64,000 nt of DNA, taken from positions 1,539,823 through 1,603,822 of the forward strand of contig NW_002060947.1 of assembly GCF_000150275.1 (NCBI RefSeq), given 5' to 3'. The notes beneath the pieces are model-generated. The model was not told the origin of the DNA. It was given only the letters and a program-made list of their open reading frames with translations, and searched no databases. Shown here in pieces: positions 14,941 to 29,800 of the stretch (positions within the stretch are counted from its first letter, which is position 1; each line of letters begins with the position of its first letter). This DNA comes from Trichoplax adhaerens. Taxonomy: Eukaryota; Animalia; Placozoa. The translations under genes were made by a program, and so were the position numbers.

Positions 14941-17900
14941 AGGATACTACGAGTAGTTCATTCAATCTATGAACAATATAGATTACTCAGTAACTGCTTT
15001 TGGCTCATATTTTAGTACTATTTTTCAGCTGAGTTCAATCAATCATTTCACTGGCAAGAAATGGCTAGCCAGATTATACTATTAAATTTAGCTATAGCTG
15101 TCAAATGATCAATTTTGCAAATCAAACTTGGAGGGAATGGTAGTCGGAAGCGCTTAACTTTCAACTATTCACTTTTGATGCCGATCCATAGCCTTTTGTC
15201 CTACGTATGATAATGAAAATACTATAAGCTATCCTATCCAATTCGATTTAGAACGATATCCATGCAAGGTATCGATGCTGTGAAGTATTCGTCTTCATTT
15301 CTAGATACATTTCTAGGCTTTCAAACTTTTGCAGCCCAATGGGTGGAGTGTAACCCATTACAAGAATGATTGTTACCTATTCTAAATAGTGCGATCAAGT
15401 TGTATACAAACTATAATGTTGGAGTCTATAGCAATACAGGATATAATGGAAGATCTCACTAAGTGCTGCATTCTTCTACAGATAATATACCCATGGTTGA
15501 AACTAAAAACTGCTAATACTATTAGTAATTCTATCCCTTTTATTATTTTAATTTAGATATTGTAAAGAATACAAATGATGACAAGGTCAACTAATTTAAT
15601 TGGTAGATTCCTCTATTCTTGGTTGATTATTCTATTAACAATTCTAATTCTATAAGATAATTATACATACAAATGTTCAAAGGAAAATGCTTTATTTGCC
15701 GATGGTTATTGCTAGGATAAAATGATATTATGATTACAGTCTGATTGATGATTAGCGTATTCTCAACAAGAACTTGTTCGACATATTTATCTTGGCACGA
15801 TAGCTAATTTAAGACAGTTGGGCATCTATAAATAGTGTTTTCTATTCTTTGTCTTGATAGGATGATGATAATGATATTGATCTTGTCCAATTCTAGCTCA
15901 AATAGTCATTATTTTTCTTGATCGATCTAGAAAGTAGAGGGTTATAGGATACTTATGATCGATTTTTCTTTCATCTTGACCGCTCGCTTCATGAATATTC
16001 ATGCCAGCGTACAAAGTCCTCTCTCATTTGCATATCTTGTCCTAAGAGTGGGCTGTTTGCCAATACTTTACCCTCCATGCCACTTTGTATTATTGATTAT
16101 AGTTTTGCCGCCTCCTTTTTCAAGATCATTGGGTGGTCCATCGTCTTGTTTTAGTTAAGAATAGATGTCAATGAAACACAAAATAGAAACAAGAATGGAA
16201 AAGCGGATAGAATCCATTTGAAGACTGACAGCCATGTGCGATAGGGTAAGTCCTGTCTAGTTTATCGTTCATTAGCTTGGATTAGAGCATTTCTTAAAGT
16301 TTGATGCCAAGAGTTGGATGGCCAGTGGATGTCGGTCTGCTATGAAGTCATTATCCAAGTTGAGCAATTTCCATTGGGACTTCATTGAATATAATCAAGC
16401 TTATTTCCTTCATTAAGACAGAGGAAATACGTCAATAACTACAAAATCAAGGCATGTCTTGATAAGAATGATGCTTCTAAAGAAGGTTTACATAGATGTT
16501 GATGTACATGTCTACATTAGGTGCAATTGCGACCATGAAATGGGTCAGTTATCCATTATTACGTATTGTTTTTAACGGGTAACAGAACGATGAGCATGAC
16601 TAATGAACCCAATGGTTCTTTCTCTCTGATATAACAAATAGAAAAGCAATAATACTGATGTAATCGTTTGAAGAGTTTCCAGGAAGTAAAAAAATTCGTT
16701 AATTCTACAATAAATAAACAGCAATCATTAATCAATAGCGTTACTCTCTGTTTTCTTACAATTTTATGGATGACTCTATAAATATAATTTTGTACTTTAG
16801 TCCCATAAAACAATCAATTAATTTATATTTTTTCTCTTTTCTAATGAGGCTGTATTTGCTATGCCTAGACTAGAATAGTAGCATCATTATTAATGGTGTC
16901 TATATATTATTCATTTTTAGGGAGTTGGATGGGTGTTGCCAACTTCACTTTGGCTTTTATGCAAACATTTATTTTTTCCTCTTTTTTTCTATGTTCAGTC
17001 GACTGTTTATTGACTATTTAAATACATAATTAACAATTTAAACCTTGAGCTAGAAGTCGATATCATCTTGAGCTCAGTCAACGATGATGCTATAAGGAAA
17101 TAAGCTTTTCTCACGCCACCTATGGCTTACGACATGCAATGTCTCCATTTCATCCATAGCCATCCATTCATTTCTATATTCTGTGCTGTACATGCAATGG
17201 CTCTTGACACACTATTTTGTACCTATATGTCTTCTATTGGATACGAGATAATCTACTGATAGTATTTATCATTAATTTTATACAGTAATATAGGCTAATA
17301 TACTATTCGATTCAGTAGATAATCAATATCATTGAATGTCAGAAGTATTTCTATTGATTTCCTTTAGGTTAAATATAAATGCCAAGAGCTAATAAATTAA
17401 TTATTATGGTAACCTTAAATCGTCAGATTTAATATAGTATCCAATGAATGACGATTGTCTAGAGAGGAAAAAAACAACTCCATTTAAAATAGGAGAGGGG
17501 AAAAAAGCCAATCGTAATTGAATACTCAATCTGTGTTATTAGCTGGACAGATAGGGATAGTTATTGAATATCAACTGGGTACTTGTACAATCGTTCTTCT
17601 ATCGAAGATGGTGATCTGTTGATTTCATCGTCATTACTATCCTAGACGATGGGAAAGGAATCTATTGTATTGGATTGATAAAATACATATACTGAGAGAA
17701 TATCTCCATGGTCGACTGAAAGATCACTTACGAAATGGTGGCTCGACTTTCAATTTTAATGCAATGGATAGGAGAGGGCCAGAGCATCAAGGTGCAAAAC
17801 CTTACATCGAATTATAAATAATGACTCTGAATATAGGACAATTGTTTAGTCAAGGCGATTGATGAGAGGAATGTCAATAGAAGAAATAACTGTAAACAAC

Positions 17901-20029
17901 TAACTATTATTGACTTATTATGCAAGAATGATGCAATGTAATAAGCAACGGCAATTATTTATTATTTGCGATGAGGATAGAGGTAAATACCAAAGTAGGA
18001 TGCGGGTACATTACTGTATATCTACCTATGGTATTTTACTTAGATGCTCTCCCGTCTGCTATTCAACATTGATAAGCATGCTTGTGGCATTGGTGATGAA
18101 TAACCTTTACCCCCTAGCTTAATTGAAATACCTTTATAAAATTTGCCATTAAATCCTTGTTGATAACGATAATATCGATTGCAACTATCATAGTCCAAGC
18201 TTGGTCCATCAATTATTAACTAAACTCTTCGATTCCATTCAATTTTAATAAAAAGTTAACTTATTTATAAAAGTGCAAAGCAATCCATAATGATTAAGAT
18301 ATCAACGTAGATTCAATTGTGCTCTCATAATAATCAGCTCTCACTATGGCTAGAAATAAGACTTGAGAAGAGCTTACCGTGCAGAGTAGTGAATAAAAAT
18401 TGACTACCAATCTTGTCTGTGATAAACTTGAAATAATTCTTTTCTCAATGGCAAATCGTTCAGGCAAAAAATTATTTTTACTTTTTAGCTTACAATGTCC
18501 GTTTATTAATGTTTAATGTTTTCATAGTCCATATTTTTCTATCTCATAGTCGTGCTATCTATTTCATTAGTCATGCTGATTAAGATTGGCGCATAAAATT
18601 ATCTACGCATCAAAGTAATTCAGTAGTGGGAATAAATTCTCTTCGCAATCTTGATGGCTAATTGGACAAGAAAGTGCTATAATTTTCCATTGGAGATTCA
18701 TGACCATCAATTTTATCCTCTCTTTATCCAGTATTCCTATCTATTGGCAGCTATTCTCTACTACTAAATATAACAATAAATTATCCATATGTATTCTCCA
18801 TGGCGTACCTACCACCAATAATAAGGTAAATTTTGCTAAGATAGAGCATCAATTGCAATCACAGTAACTACCATAGGTTATTGATTAGAACTATTATTAC
18901 CGACAAATAAAATAGAGACGACTACAATCACTCATCAATTAATCATCACTAGTTAAAAAATTTTCAAGTACTATTTTTAAAAATAAGATAGAGCTAATAT
19001 TCACTCTATTTATAATTAATCGATGATTAGAACTAAAAATTAAGCCAGCTAAAGAATGATTTCTCAACCAAGGACTACGCTGACTTTTCAACCATGACAA
19101 AGGTATTTTTTCACTATTTTGGCTACTTACTCAGAGGGAAAAACTACTTTCTCCCCAAGATATTTTGATTTGAATAATATCCACTAGCGGCATCATTGAA
19201 TTGGTATGACTTTACTAGGGTAGCAAATTTAACTAATGACGCCTTTTTTCATGATTATTAACGTAGCGTTAGTGTCTTGAAAAATTATTCCTACAATCGA
19301 TGCCTAAATAGACAATAGGAGAAATGAAAAATAATTAATTATTTATAGGATAAATAAATGATGTTAAAAATGTACTCAATATTTTTTAACAGCACTTTGA
19401 TTCATAAAACACGACTTTAGAATAGGCGACTTTTCTTTTTCATCTTGACCCAGTTAACTTTCATAATCAAAAGAATTTCACTATGCCATCTAAACAACTC
19501 GACAGAAATAGTTTGTGGAAAAATAAAGTTCTTTCTCCCTAGAACGAGAAAGTTTTAAATTTTACCCCTGGTGGTATTTCAAGAATTTAAATTAAAGAAA
19601 AAATAGGGTCAGAATAAAAAATTGAAAAATTATAATCAGGAATTGATGATCAAATACTAAACTCAAAGATACGTAATCTCTGAGTGCTAATTATAATTAC
19701 CCTTGCAGTTGTTTATGATATGCACAGATGTAGTCAATGATCCATAAAATATTGTTATAGAATACAACGGAACATTTGTTAACTACTGTAGTAAATCCTG
19801 TCTCAGTCTATACTTAGTTTGCACCCTAGCTCATTCTAAATTCTTACTCATTATTCTTACTACTTTTGGCGGTCATAAATTGTTGCAAGTCATCAATTTT
19901 CATATAAGGTTAAAAGCCGTATGGTCTGATTGACTAAACATAAGAATCCCTTGAACAGCTCTAGCTTGCCTATTTATAGAGCTAATGAAGAGTTCTAACT
20001 AATCCATAACTCAATATCATATTGGTAGA

Positions 20030-21160
20030 TCATTTTCTGACTATTTTATTTGCACTTTAATATCTATTTAAAAAATACTGCTCAAATGAATCATCGCTCC
20101 ATGTAGAAAAAGATTGATTTCAACATCTAATCTAGTATCCAAGCATATTCGTATATGATATACGTATCATTTCTCCTATTTTTCTGACTAATCCATTAGT
20201 ACTTAAAATAGACTAAAAGAAATAAATCATCTCAACATGTAGAAAGCGATTAATTTTAATATCCAATCTAGTGTCTAACCGCTTAATATCGTTGTATTAG
20301 TTTCCTGATTATTCTGTTAGTACTGAATAACTACATAAAAAATACCGTTCAAAGTAATCATCTCATCATGTAGAAAGTGACTAATTTTTAATATTTAGTT
20401 TAGTGTCCAAGTATGTATATCATATATATTAATATTGCATCATTTCTTGTATTTTTCTGACTATTCCAATAATGCCTTACTCAATCACTACTTAAAAGGC
20501 CGTTCAAAATATTCATCTCAAAAAATAAAGAGCGACTGATTTTAATATCCAATCTAGTGTCCATATACGTGTAGCTTAATAATGTCGTTGTATTATTTAC
20601 CTTACCATTCCATTAGCACTCAATATGTACTCAAAATATGGTTTAAATTAATCATCTCAATATATGGAAATCCAGTGGTTTTAATATCGAACTAGTGCAA
20701 ACTCCCGTCGCTTTGCAGACGGTTTACGATAATGTGCTCATTTAACAGATAGTATTACCATTTGATAGACCTGTCAGAGGTTCAGTAACTTTTTACCGAG
20801 TATAGTCTCCGATTACATATAGCTTAATATTATTCTACCATTTATCTGACTATTCCGTTAGTACTTAATATCTACATCTACATAACATCCTATTCAATTG
20901 AAGCATCTCAATATATGAAAATCAGTCGATTTAATGTCCAATCTAGCGTCCAAGTGCATGCACATTAATTCACTTAAAATACTATTCAAAATAATCAACT
21001 CAGTATGAAGGAATTAGCTTATCTTAATGTCTAATCTAGTGTCTCAGCATATACATTTACATTAATATTACTGTATTATTAAGTATCTGCTTAAAATGCT
21101 TTCCAAATTGTCTATCTTTACAAGGAAAAAATGGCCCATTTTAATATCAATTCAATGTCT
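20030..21160. repeat. Diverged tandem array, about 135-150 bp unit, about 8 copies, one interrupted by an insertion
   Basis: aatcatctcaacatgtagaaag...ttttaatatccaatctagtgtcc recurs at about 20090, 20226, 20358, 20512, 20651, 20903, 20993 and 21110. Confidence 0.85.
20692..20812 (-). mobile_element. Short non-autonomous Helitron-like insertion (about 110-120 bp)
   Basis: Minus strand ends CCGTCTGCAAAGCGACGG (GC-rich hairpin, 20722-20705), a 9 nt spacer, CTAG, then host T. It interrupts a unit of the surrounding array, with no target-site duplication seen. The 5' end is uncertain (A|TC at 20812, or about 20805). Confidence 0.55.
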
Positions 21161-22699
21161 GAAATACATACACAATCGATCATGCGAAAATCACTCCTAG
21201 AAATTACCAATTACAATTTTACCCCTATTGCTGACTCTCTTCATTCTGTTCTTATGATTTAATATCATGACTGCAGTTTCACTTTGAATAATTTCCTCAT
21301 TAGACTAACTGATTTTTCACACCTAGCTATAAATTGCGACGATCATTGATAAGAAACGATAGCTTATTTTAATATGAAGAGTGCTTCAAAGTATTACTCA
21401 GTCTATATATCGTTCCCAAGCGCCCTTTTATGTAAAATCCAAAATACTTGTTATCGATACAAGTATGATTTAGTCCTATTACCTAAGTAATCTTTGTAAT
21501 TTCGTGCTAACTTTGCCTTTTTGAACTTATAAATTATCTTGATATCAAAGTATCACTTATTATATGCTATAAACAATACTTTAACATGTTCTAATCTACC
21601 CGTCTTGGTAGCATCATTAACTCGTATCATTTTATAACTCATTGATGGAAATCCTTTTCTTCACTGTCCTATAACAAAATTTTCATGATACCCTTAATGA
21701 GTCTTAAGAAATGATCATTGCCTATCCATGAAGATATGCAAACATGAAACTTTCAACAGTTTAGGACATGCTGCACTATCCAGTTTCCCTATAATGAGAA
21801 AATTCTATATGTTATTTACGCTTTTTTACGGTATTACCTATTGCTCACCAAAATATTCAGTTAATATTTGTTCCTACCTAGTACACTGCCGGTCTTGTGC
21901 TAGCAACGGTAATATAGATAACGTAGCAGCATTAATTTCCTAATGATTTTAGCGTAGTTCTGGAGTTGAATATATTCGACACAAATCATGATTCTAACCT
22001 AAAATCGTGCTTAATTGAATGCCAGGTTCAAGCTCTGCACATTTGCTAAAGGTGTTGTACACAGAAGTTAAACGCGTTAGGAGCTACCTTTGACCCTAAC
22101 ACGTAGAGTTACTCAAGACCGTTTTAACAGATTCAATTAATTAAAACTGAAATACGTAAGATGGTTATTTCTTTTATTTCTTACAGTCTAAATATAAGCC
22201 ATAGACTGAACTAGCATTAGGGATAGATAGAATCTACCTTCATTTTTACGATATTACTGCACCATTTTGATGTAAAAATTGCTGACTTTCAGTGCTATTT
22301 GTTCACGAAATCGTTCACTATAGTAGCTTATCGTTCAATATCATGCAAACTACGATAGACGATAGAGTGTGCAATAATTGGCATGACTTAAAGAGTTTAA
22401 TAGTTGTTTTTATTTGCTTTCTTCTAAATTTATATCACACCTTCCATGATAATGATGATTAAATGATGGATAAACCATAAGTATCTCTCCACGACACCCA
22501 TGCACTTGGCCATAGGAAAAAGAGTATACGATTGCATACCTTTAAACGTTTTACTTTTTGCATTTCGCTCCCTTCTAAGCTTATTACAGGTATGGCCGTG
22601 ATGGCTAAACTATGATGATCTTTTCACTCTTTCTTGACAGAATTGCGTGATAGAGAAGGTTATTTCAGAAATACAATCATTGTATGGGCTAACTACTAT

Positions 22700-24880
22700 A
22701 GTAAAAGAAATAACTTTTTTCAGTCTATAACTGCCTCTGTTAAGGCGCATAGCATGAAAATACTGGAGTCTATGTTATTGAAAAATTATAATTAAGAGAC
22801 ACCAGAATGCCGCCATGACAAACAGTGCGCTAAATAAAAGCTGTTGCTGTATAGAAACTGAAAATGACAGTAAGATTAATAGCAATTTTTCAATCAATCA
22901 ATGTCTCCCTTGATCCTTGTAGTAAGGATTCCTAAACTCTTGGAGTCCATAATTCGCAGTTCTTGATAATTATAATACGGAACGCTAGAAGACAGCCATT
23001 AGATAGCAGACTAAATGAAACTGCTATTCTCGTATAGGTAGAAAATGACAATAAGATCATTTTTCTGCCTATAAATATCTCCTTAATACTTTTAGTATGG
23101 ACTCCTAAGATATAAAGAGTCTATGACTAGTTGTTATTGAGAAGATATAATACGGGATCTTGGAGGACAGCCATTACATAGTAGGCTATATAAAATTACT
23201 CTGGTTGTCTAGGCTGAAAGTGATAGCATATTACATTATAAGCTAAGTAAAACTTCTACATAGGCTGAAAACTAGAAAGATAAATGGTGCTTTTTTTTCA
23301 GCCAATAAATGTCTCTCTTAACGTTCGTAGCATGAAGATATTGGAGCCTATGATTCTTAAAATTAATGCAATTTTTTTAGCTTATAAATATCTCCTTTAA
23401 TACTTTTCGCGTAAAAATATAGGAACTTATGCTTTTTAAGATTAATAAAAATTTTCGACTTATTAATGTCTCTTTTACTGCTCTTAGCATGAAAATTTAA
23501 TTTAAAATCAATTGATTTTTCAGCATCTAAATATCTCCGTTAATATTCGTAGCATGAAAGTATAGAAGTCTATATATATCTTAAGATTAAAAGAATTTTT
23601 TAGTTTACAAATATCTCCTTTAATACCCTTAGTATAAAAATAGAAGGGCTTATGATTCTTAAGATCATAGAATTTTTTCAACTTGCAAACGTTTTCATTA
23701 ATACTCGTAGCATGAAATAGTGGAGCCCATAATTCTTAGAATCAATAGAATTTTTTTGACTTACAAATATCTCTCCATTAATACTCGCAGCTTAAAAATA
23801 GAGGAGCCTATGACATTTTAGATTAATAAAATTTTTTCGGCTTACGAATTTCTCCTTTAATACTTTTAGTATAAAAATAAAGGAGCTTATAACTCCTAAG
23901 ATCAATAGAATTTTTTCAACTTAGAAATGCCTCCTTTAATACTTGTAAAGGGAAAGTAGAGGAGCGTGTGACTTTTAAGATCAATAAAAGTTTTTTAGAT
24001 TGCAAATGTCTCCTTTAATAATAATACTGATAGTATGAAATAGAGAAGCTTATGAGTCTTAAGATTAATAGAATTTTTTTAACTTACAAATATCCCTTAA
24101 GACTCGTAGATATCGAAAAAGGTATGACAGTAGACGCTAGAGACCAGCCAAGATACACTGGGCTAAAATAAAACTACTATACCAGCGTATAGGCTGAAAA
24201 TGATATTAAGGTAAATAGTATCTTTTTAACCTATACGTATCTCCCTTAAGACTTGTAAAATGGACCCTAAAATAAAGAACAGCCATTACTTAGTAGGCTA
24301 AGTAAAACCACGATAGTGTATATGCTGAAAATGAAAGTAAGACAAGGAGTATAGTTTTAATTAATAAATGTTTTTTTAATACTTGCAGTTATTGAAAAGT
24401 TATAATAGGGGATCCTAGAAGACGAGTATTATATAGTGAGCTAAATAAAACTACTTCTATAAGTTGAAAATGATAGTAAGATAAATAAGTGTTTCTTTCA
24501 GCTTTATAAATATCTCCCTGAAGACTCTTCCATTTTGAAAAGTTGTGATTAGGAATCTAAAAGACGACCATTACATAGCCAGCTAAATAAAACGACTCTA
24601 TCGTATAGGTTGAAAATGACATGAAGATAAATAGCATTTCTTTAGCCTATGAATATTCTCCTGCAATACTTATAGTTAGTAAAAGGTTATAATTCGAACT
24701 CTAGAGGACTGCAATGCATAGTCAGCTATATATATAAGTACTGTACGTGGCTGAGAATGACACAAAGATAAACAGCATTTTTCAGCCTTTCAATATCTTC
24801 TTAATACTCATGGCCATGGAAAAGTAGGTTATAATAGGGGTCGTAGAGCCTAGAGGATCGCCATGACATAGTGCGCGAAA
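22700..24880. repeat. Compound tandem array: about 140-180 bp units flanking an inner run of about 10 units of about 79 bp derived from part of the long unit
   Basis: Long-unit anchor gacagccattacatagtaggctaaataaaact at about 22811, 22991, 23166, 24143, 24281, 24421, 24564, 24707 and 24857. Short-unit anchor ttaagattaatagaattttt at about 23581, 23659, 23736, 23818, 23897, 23975 and 24059. Confidence 0.9.
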
Positions 24881-26807
24881 TTTCAGCTTAGATTATGCAT
24901 TTTCTATATAGTTTAATTCTAATGTAACAGAACAATGAAAAGTAAAATGCTTATTAATTACATTGCCCATCTACTCAGTAGCAATACTATCCCTTTGGCA
25001 TTGGGCTTTATGATTATAGCTTCCTTTAATTTTTTCGTAACTTCATGGCATTTCAACAATTTAATATGAAAAATTTCATCTATTAAAGTTGAAGATTAGT
25101 AAAAACAATCACATCTTAATCGTTCGACTTCTCATTATTATATGCTATTGCGAGCAGATATTGCATAAAAATAAATAAAATATCATACTGAGATGGTTTA
25201 CTAGCTGGATTAGTGATTATAAACACATCTCTCTTCATTCTCTAATACTTTAATCATGATTTCTATTTCGTTGTTAATGCTAGATGAAGCAAAATATTGA
25301 AACTTCAGCTTATAAAAAATGAACGATAAGGAAGGTATAGAGATATCCGATAATTTATAACCAAATGCTATATGAGCTGGTATGGAAAATGACCTTGAAC
25401 GATATAATGAAGAAAAATATCACGGGTTTCGGCTTAAATTTGAATGAATTATCTTTAGCTAGAACAGTTTACAATCCCATTGGGCTTTGATAATAATCAA
25501 TTTATATTTTACTTACTAGCGCTTTAGCAAAAGGGTATCGTCGATAGTAGGTTACTAGCTTGCGTATCTTACATATCGCCTTAAGGGACAATTTTTTACT
25601 TATATTGCGGGGCAGCCATACATAAAAGCCGCTGGCAGTCATTCTCTTCCGGATAATTGGAGACAGTAAAGTCCAAAAGGATGGGATGAAAAAAACTTAA
25701 CAGATATAATCTTCCATACAGCAAAAGAATCGTTGCTATACGTTTCAATTTAAACAAAATGAAACTGTTTTGTATCATTTGATCATATCGGTCCTGTCTG
25801 ATTATTTCCTACTGATACTTTTATTTGGCGCAATCAGACCATGGCAATGGTGGCAGGAGTTTGACGATCATTATTGATTATTGCAATGCAAGAGTTTTAT
25901 TTTTAGGAAATAAAATAACATAAGAAACTGAGCATCCATTATGCTGTATCGGGCAATCAATTTTAATGTGAGCCTTACACGGAGAGCTTCTGCTAGGAGG
26001 ATAATTGATAATAAAAAATAGTAGGTATTTGTCTAGTAGGAACATTCGATAAGTAGATACTGCAGTATATTGGCTGTTATACAGCAAAAGTTTTTCAACA
26101 AGCTTAAATTTACGTATAGGAGAGTAAAAATTATGTATAAAATCATTTCAGAAAATAAAATGGCAAGAAATAGTAGTGTAACATAAAACTAAAGTTTACT
26201 AACAGTGATAACCAACACGACAGGTACAAGTTATATAATTCATTAACTAGATTACAATGATCCATTCAATTTAGCCTTATCTTGTCGATCTGAGAGTATC
26301 TAATCCTAAACTGTAAATAAAATACTTGCATGATATCTACTCTAAATTATTAAGCAATTTTTTTACGACACATAAACTTTACCAATGCTTGACTATAAAA
26401 CTATTGCAGGTACTGTACTAAATTAGGTATAACAAAGGAGTCAATAAACTCCTTACGGTGTCGTTCTTGGATTTAATATACAGCGAATAAAAAGTTAATA
26501 TGGAATTTAGTTAAATATAACTGAGCAAATTAACTATTTAAATGTCGTCTTTAATAAAAGTTATAAATTTCATACTACAATTCTATAACCTTTCTTTTTC
26601 TAAACGAATTACCATAAGGGCCACCGATAATAGTATGAATACGATATAGTTAGTTTGCGATTGTGGTAGTTACTTATATAAGCAAAATGTAACTGATTTG
26701 TAAGGAATCAAAGTAGAGTCTATTTTTTAAGTTCCTTTAGAGTTAGGACTAACAGTAGCCAAGTAAAATAAATATAAGGATTTCGATTCCTTTTACGATT
26801 CTTGCCT

Positions 26808-29800
26808 TTACCATAATTCTACTTTGATTGCTCCATTGCTGATTAAGTTGTATCTATAAAAAACGTGAAGCAAATATACAGATTACACATAATTTACTAT
26901 AATGAGATGGGATAGGACCAAAATAGCGAGTCATTCAGAAGACTAAAATCGAGTCTTCATATAGACAAATTTTAAGTCGTGGACCATACGTAACTATAAT
27001 ATCAGTCTTAGATATTACCTGTACTTTTTTCTTTTCAGATAAGATACCACCGCAGGCTTAATTCGAGCTTTACCGTCGACGCTGTGAATGCCGCAGCCAA
27101 CAATGATTGTTAGATACCGATTATCTTTCTTATGCAAAGATAGGCCTGCATATACAATTCGGTGTTACTTTTAAGTTTAAGAAATCAACAGTGTAAATAA
27201 TTAAAGATTGAAAGAAGGCAAATGCATACTTACTAGGATCACATTGAATGACTTGCAATTGTTCTTCAACAATTTTTACAGCTTCTGATACAGTAAAACC
27301 ATGTAAATCTAAAACTTTGTATTGTCGAAGAGCAATCATTCTGCAATGCAATAAATAATTATCATGAACTGAAGCCCAAAAGTTGCATCCGAAATAGTAC
27401 CAGTCAGCGGCATCATGTAAAGGAAATATTGTAATCTTTTCACTCACCTTGATTGTAACATAATTTCAGCCGCAATATTACGAGCATTTTTACTTAAATT
27501 GAAGTAATGTGTTGCCTATTTAAAATAACAGGCGATCTTTCATGAATTTATAAATAACTCGTAGAATTATATATACTTCAACTTAAATTCATTAATATAT
27601 GTTACCAACGCTATAAGTTATACCTGTTCTTGGTAATGACCTGCTACAGAATATTGCTTAGATTGGTAACACTCGCTAGCTTTATTACAGTACTCTCTGG
27701 CGGTAGCCGCATACTCGGATGATTGTCGGTTATACATCTTAACATCTACAATGCAGCAATTACGGCCTTAGGTAAACTGTCCATATTGCAGCTACCATTA
27801 TGTATTTACTGCTATTGTTAATAAAACCCTAGCTAGGCAAGACAAACCCATTTTAGGTTGCATGCTAACGGTAGATGGTGACTTATACGTGGATTCCGTT
27901 TCATCTCTTGTGCTTGTAATTACTTTACCAGCACTTGCATCTTGTTTGTTGGGCTCGCCAAAGCCACATACTTCCTCCAGGAAAGTTACTGTATCTTCTA
28001 AATTATAACTAATAGTAACACAGCACGACCGAGTTAAAATATATTTAAACGTTCCTTTCAAATCGCACATGAAGATTACCCGGACTGTTCCAGAAAGTCA
28101 TTTAAAACCAACGTATTGATTCCAGGATACCACTGGCTCAGCTTTTCCTGCATTCTCCTAACTACAGGTGCGCTGAGATTGCTCTAATTAAATAAGGTTG
28201 TTTGGCTTAAAATTTAGATCAGAGTATAACAGATTCCTTTAAATGAATAGCTTGCACTTACTTGTTCTTCATTTTCAATTTTAAAGGCCAATTGTTCGCT
28301 GATAATATCTTTAAAATTCTCTGATGTTATTATAGTAGATAATGAAGCAGATGAATCGCCTATGTCTGATGTATGTGTTCTTTGATCAGCTATCCAATTC
28401 TTAGGTACCTCGTTACAATAATAATTTTCAATATCATTTTCCAACAGCTGCAATTGTCTAGCAATGGCTTCATCTATTGATAACAGTTACATATTATTGT
28501 TTTACAAATGGTGATCAAAGCGATATTATATTGTAAACTAATAACACGGAATATTCTTAGTACCATTATTGACCATTGCATTGTTCTCGTTTTCATGCTT
28601 CATCTAAATAAAAATTACAAGCATTTGTAGAGTTAAAAAATCGTCTTATCGGAGACTACATAAATTTTACAGAAAGGATAGAATACAACTATAATTCGAT
28701 GAACAAAGACAATCACTTAAATATTACTTTTAATGTCTTTAACCACTGCCTATATAGCTCTCTGCCAAAACTCTCATCTATGTACACTTCAAGATCATTG
28801 GAATTTTTATTGCATAGAGCAAGTATTTCTGTAACATTTTTAATACATTAAACATTCATAAATGTACAGATAAATAAAAAGCTCTAAATTATCATTAGCA
28901 TAGTATCTTCTGAAATTTAAAATACCTCCTCCATTCACTTCTTCAACTTCGAATTTTTCGCGCAGCCATGATGCTGTAGTATGGGATATCTTTATACTGG
29001 GATAAATGGAATAATTGCATTTGCCAGTCACCTCTATTCCACTAGTTTCTCCTCGCTCGTTAGGTTCATCATTCATCATGTTCTTTGTAGCTTCGGGAGC
29101 CAGTCGATGTTGATCGTCTATTAACGTGCGTTGACTTGATAAACGCTCATTCTGTCCATTATCGTTAACTCTGGCGGTTTTGTTAGGCAATCCTGCCGAA
29201 TTTTCACCCAAGATTAATTTAACAGAAGCACTTCGTTCAAATCTTTGCAACATAGATTCTATCTTGTTGAGTGGTACATTATGCGTACAGCGCCTGTAAC
29301 ATTTGTACATTAAAAAAAAAAATTAATAGTATTAAATGTTAGCTGGCATTCCTAGCAGCAAATCGACATTTTAAACTTTGCAATGACCTACCTTGCTAAC
29401 TGATTGGCATTGAACTTCCACCAAGTACAAGGTTCAATAAATTCAACATGGTAACCAGCGTTTATAGCCTAATAGAAGCAGCATATTAGAAAGCTCTAGC
29501 AGTAAAAATATACAACCATAATAATTGAGAGAGATACAAATAAATGCACTTTTCATACGAACCAAAACAACGTATGGTTTCATTTCCCAAAGCTGGGTAT
29601 TGGTATTATCGATGAAAATAGGTGAAATTCCTAAATTTGCATTTTTAACAGCTATCGAGAATAAAAAAATTAATGCTACAATTATGTAGTATACAACTCT
29701 GGAAATATTAATGTATTACCATATTGGTGTCTATCAGTAAGATTTTGTTACTAATTATAAATCTAAACATATTAAAGACAGGTTTGGAGTATATCAAAGC

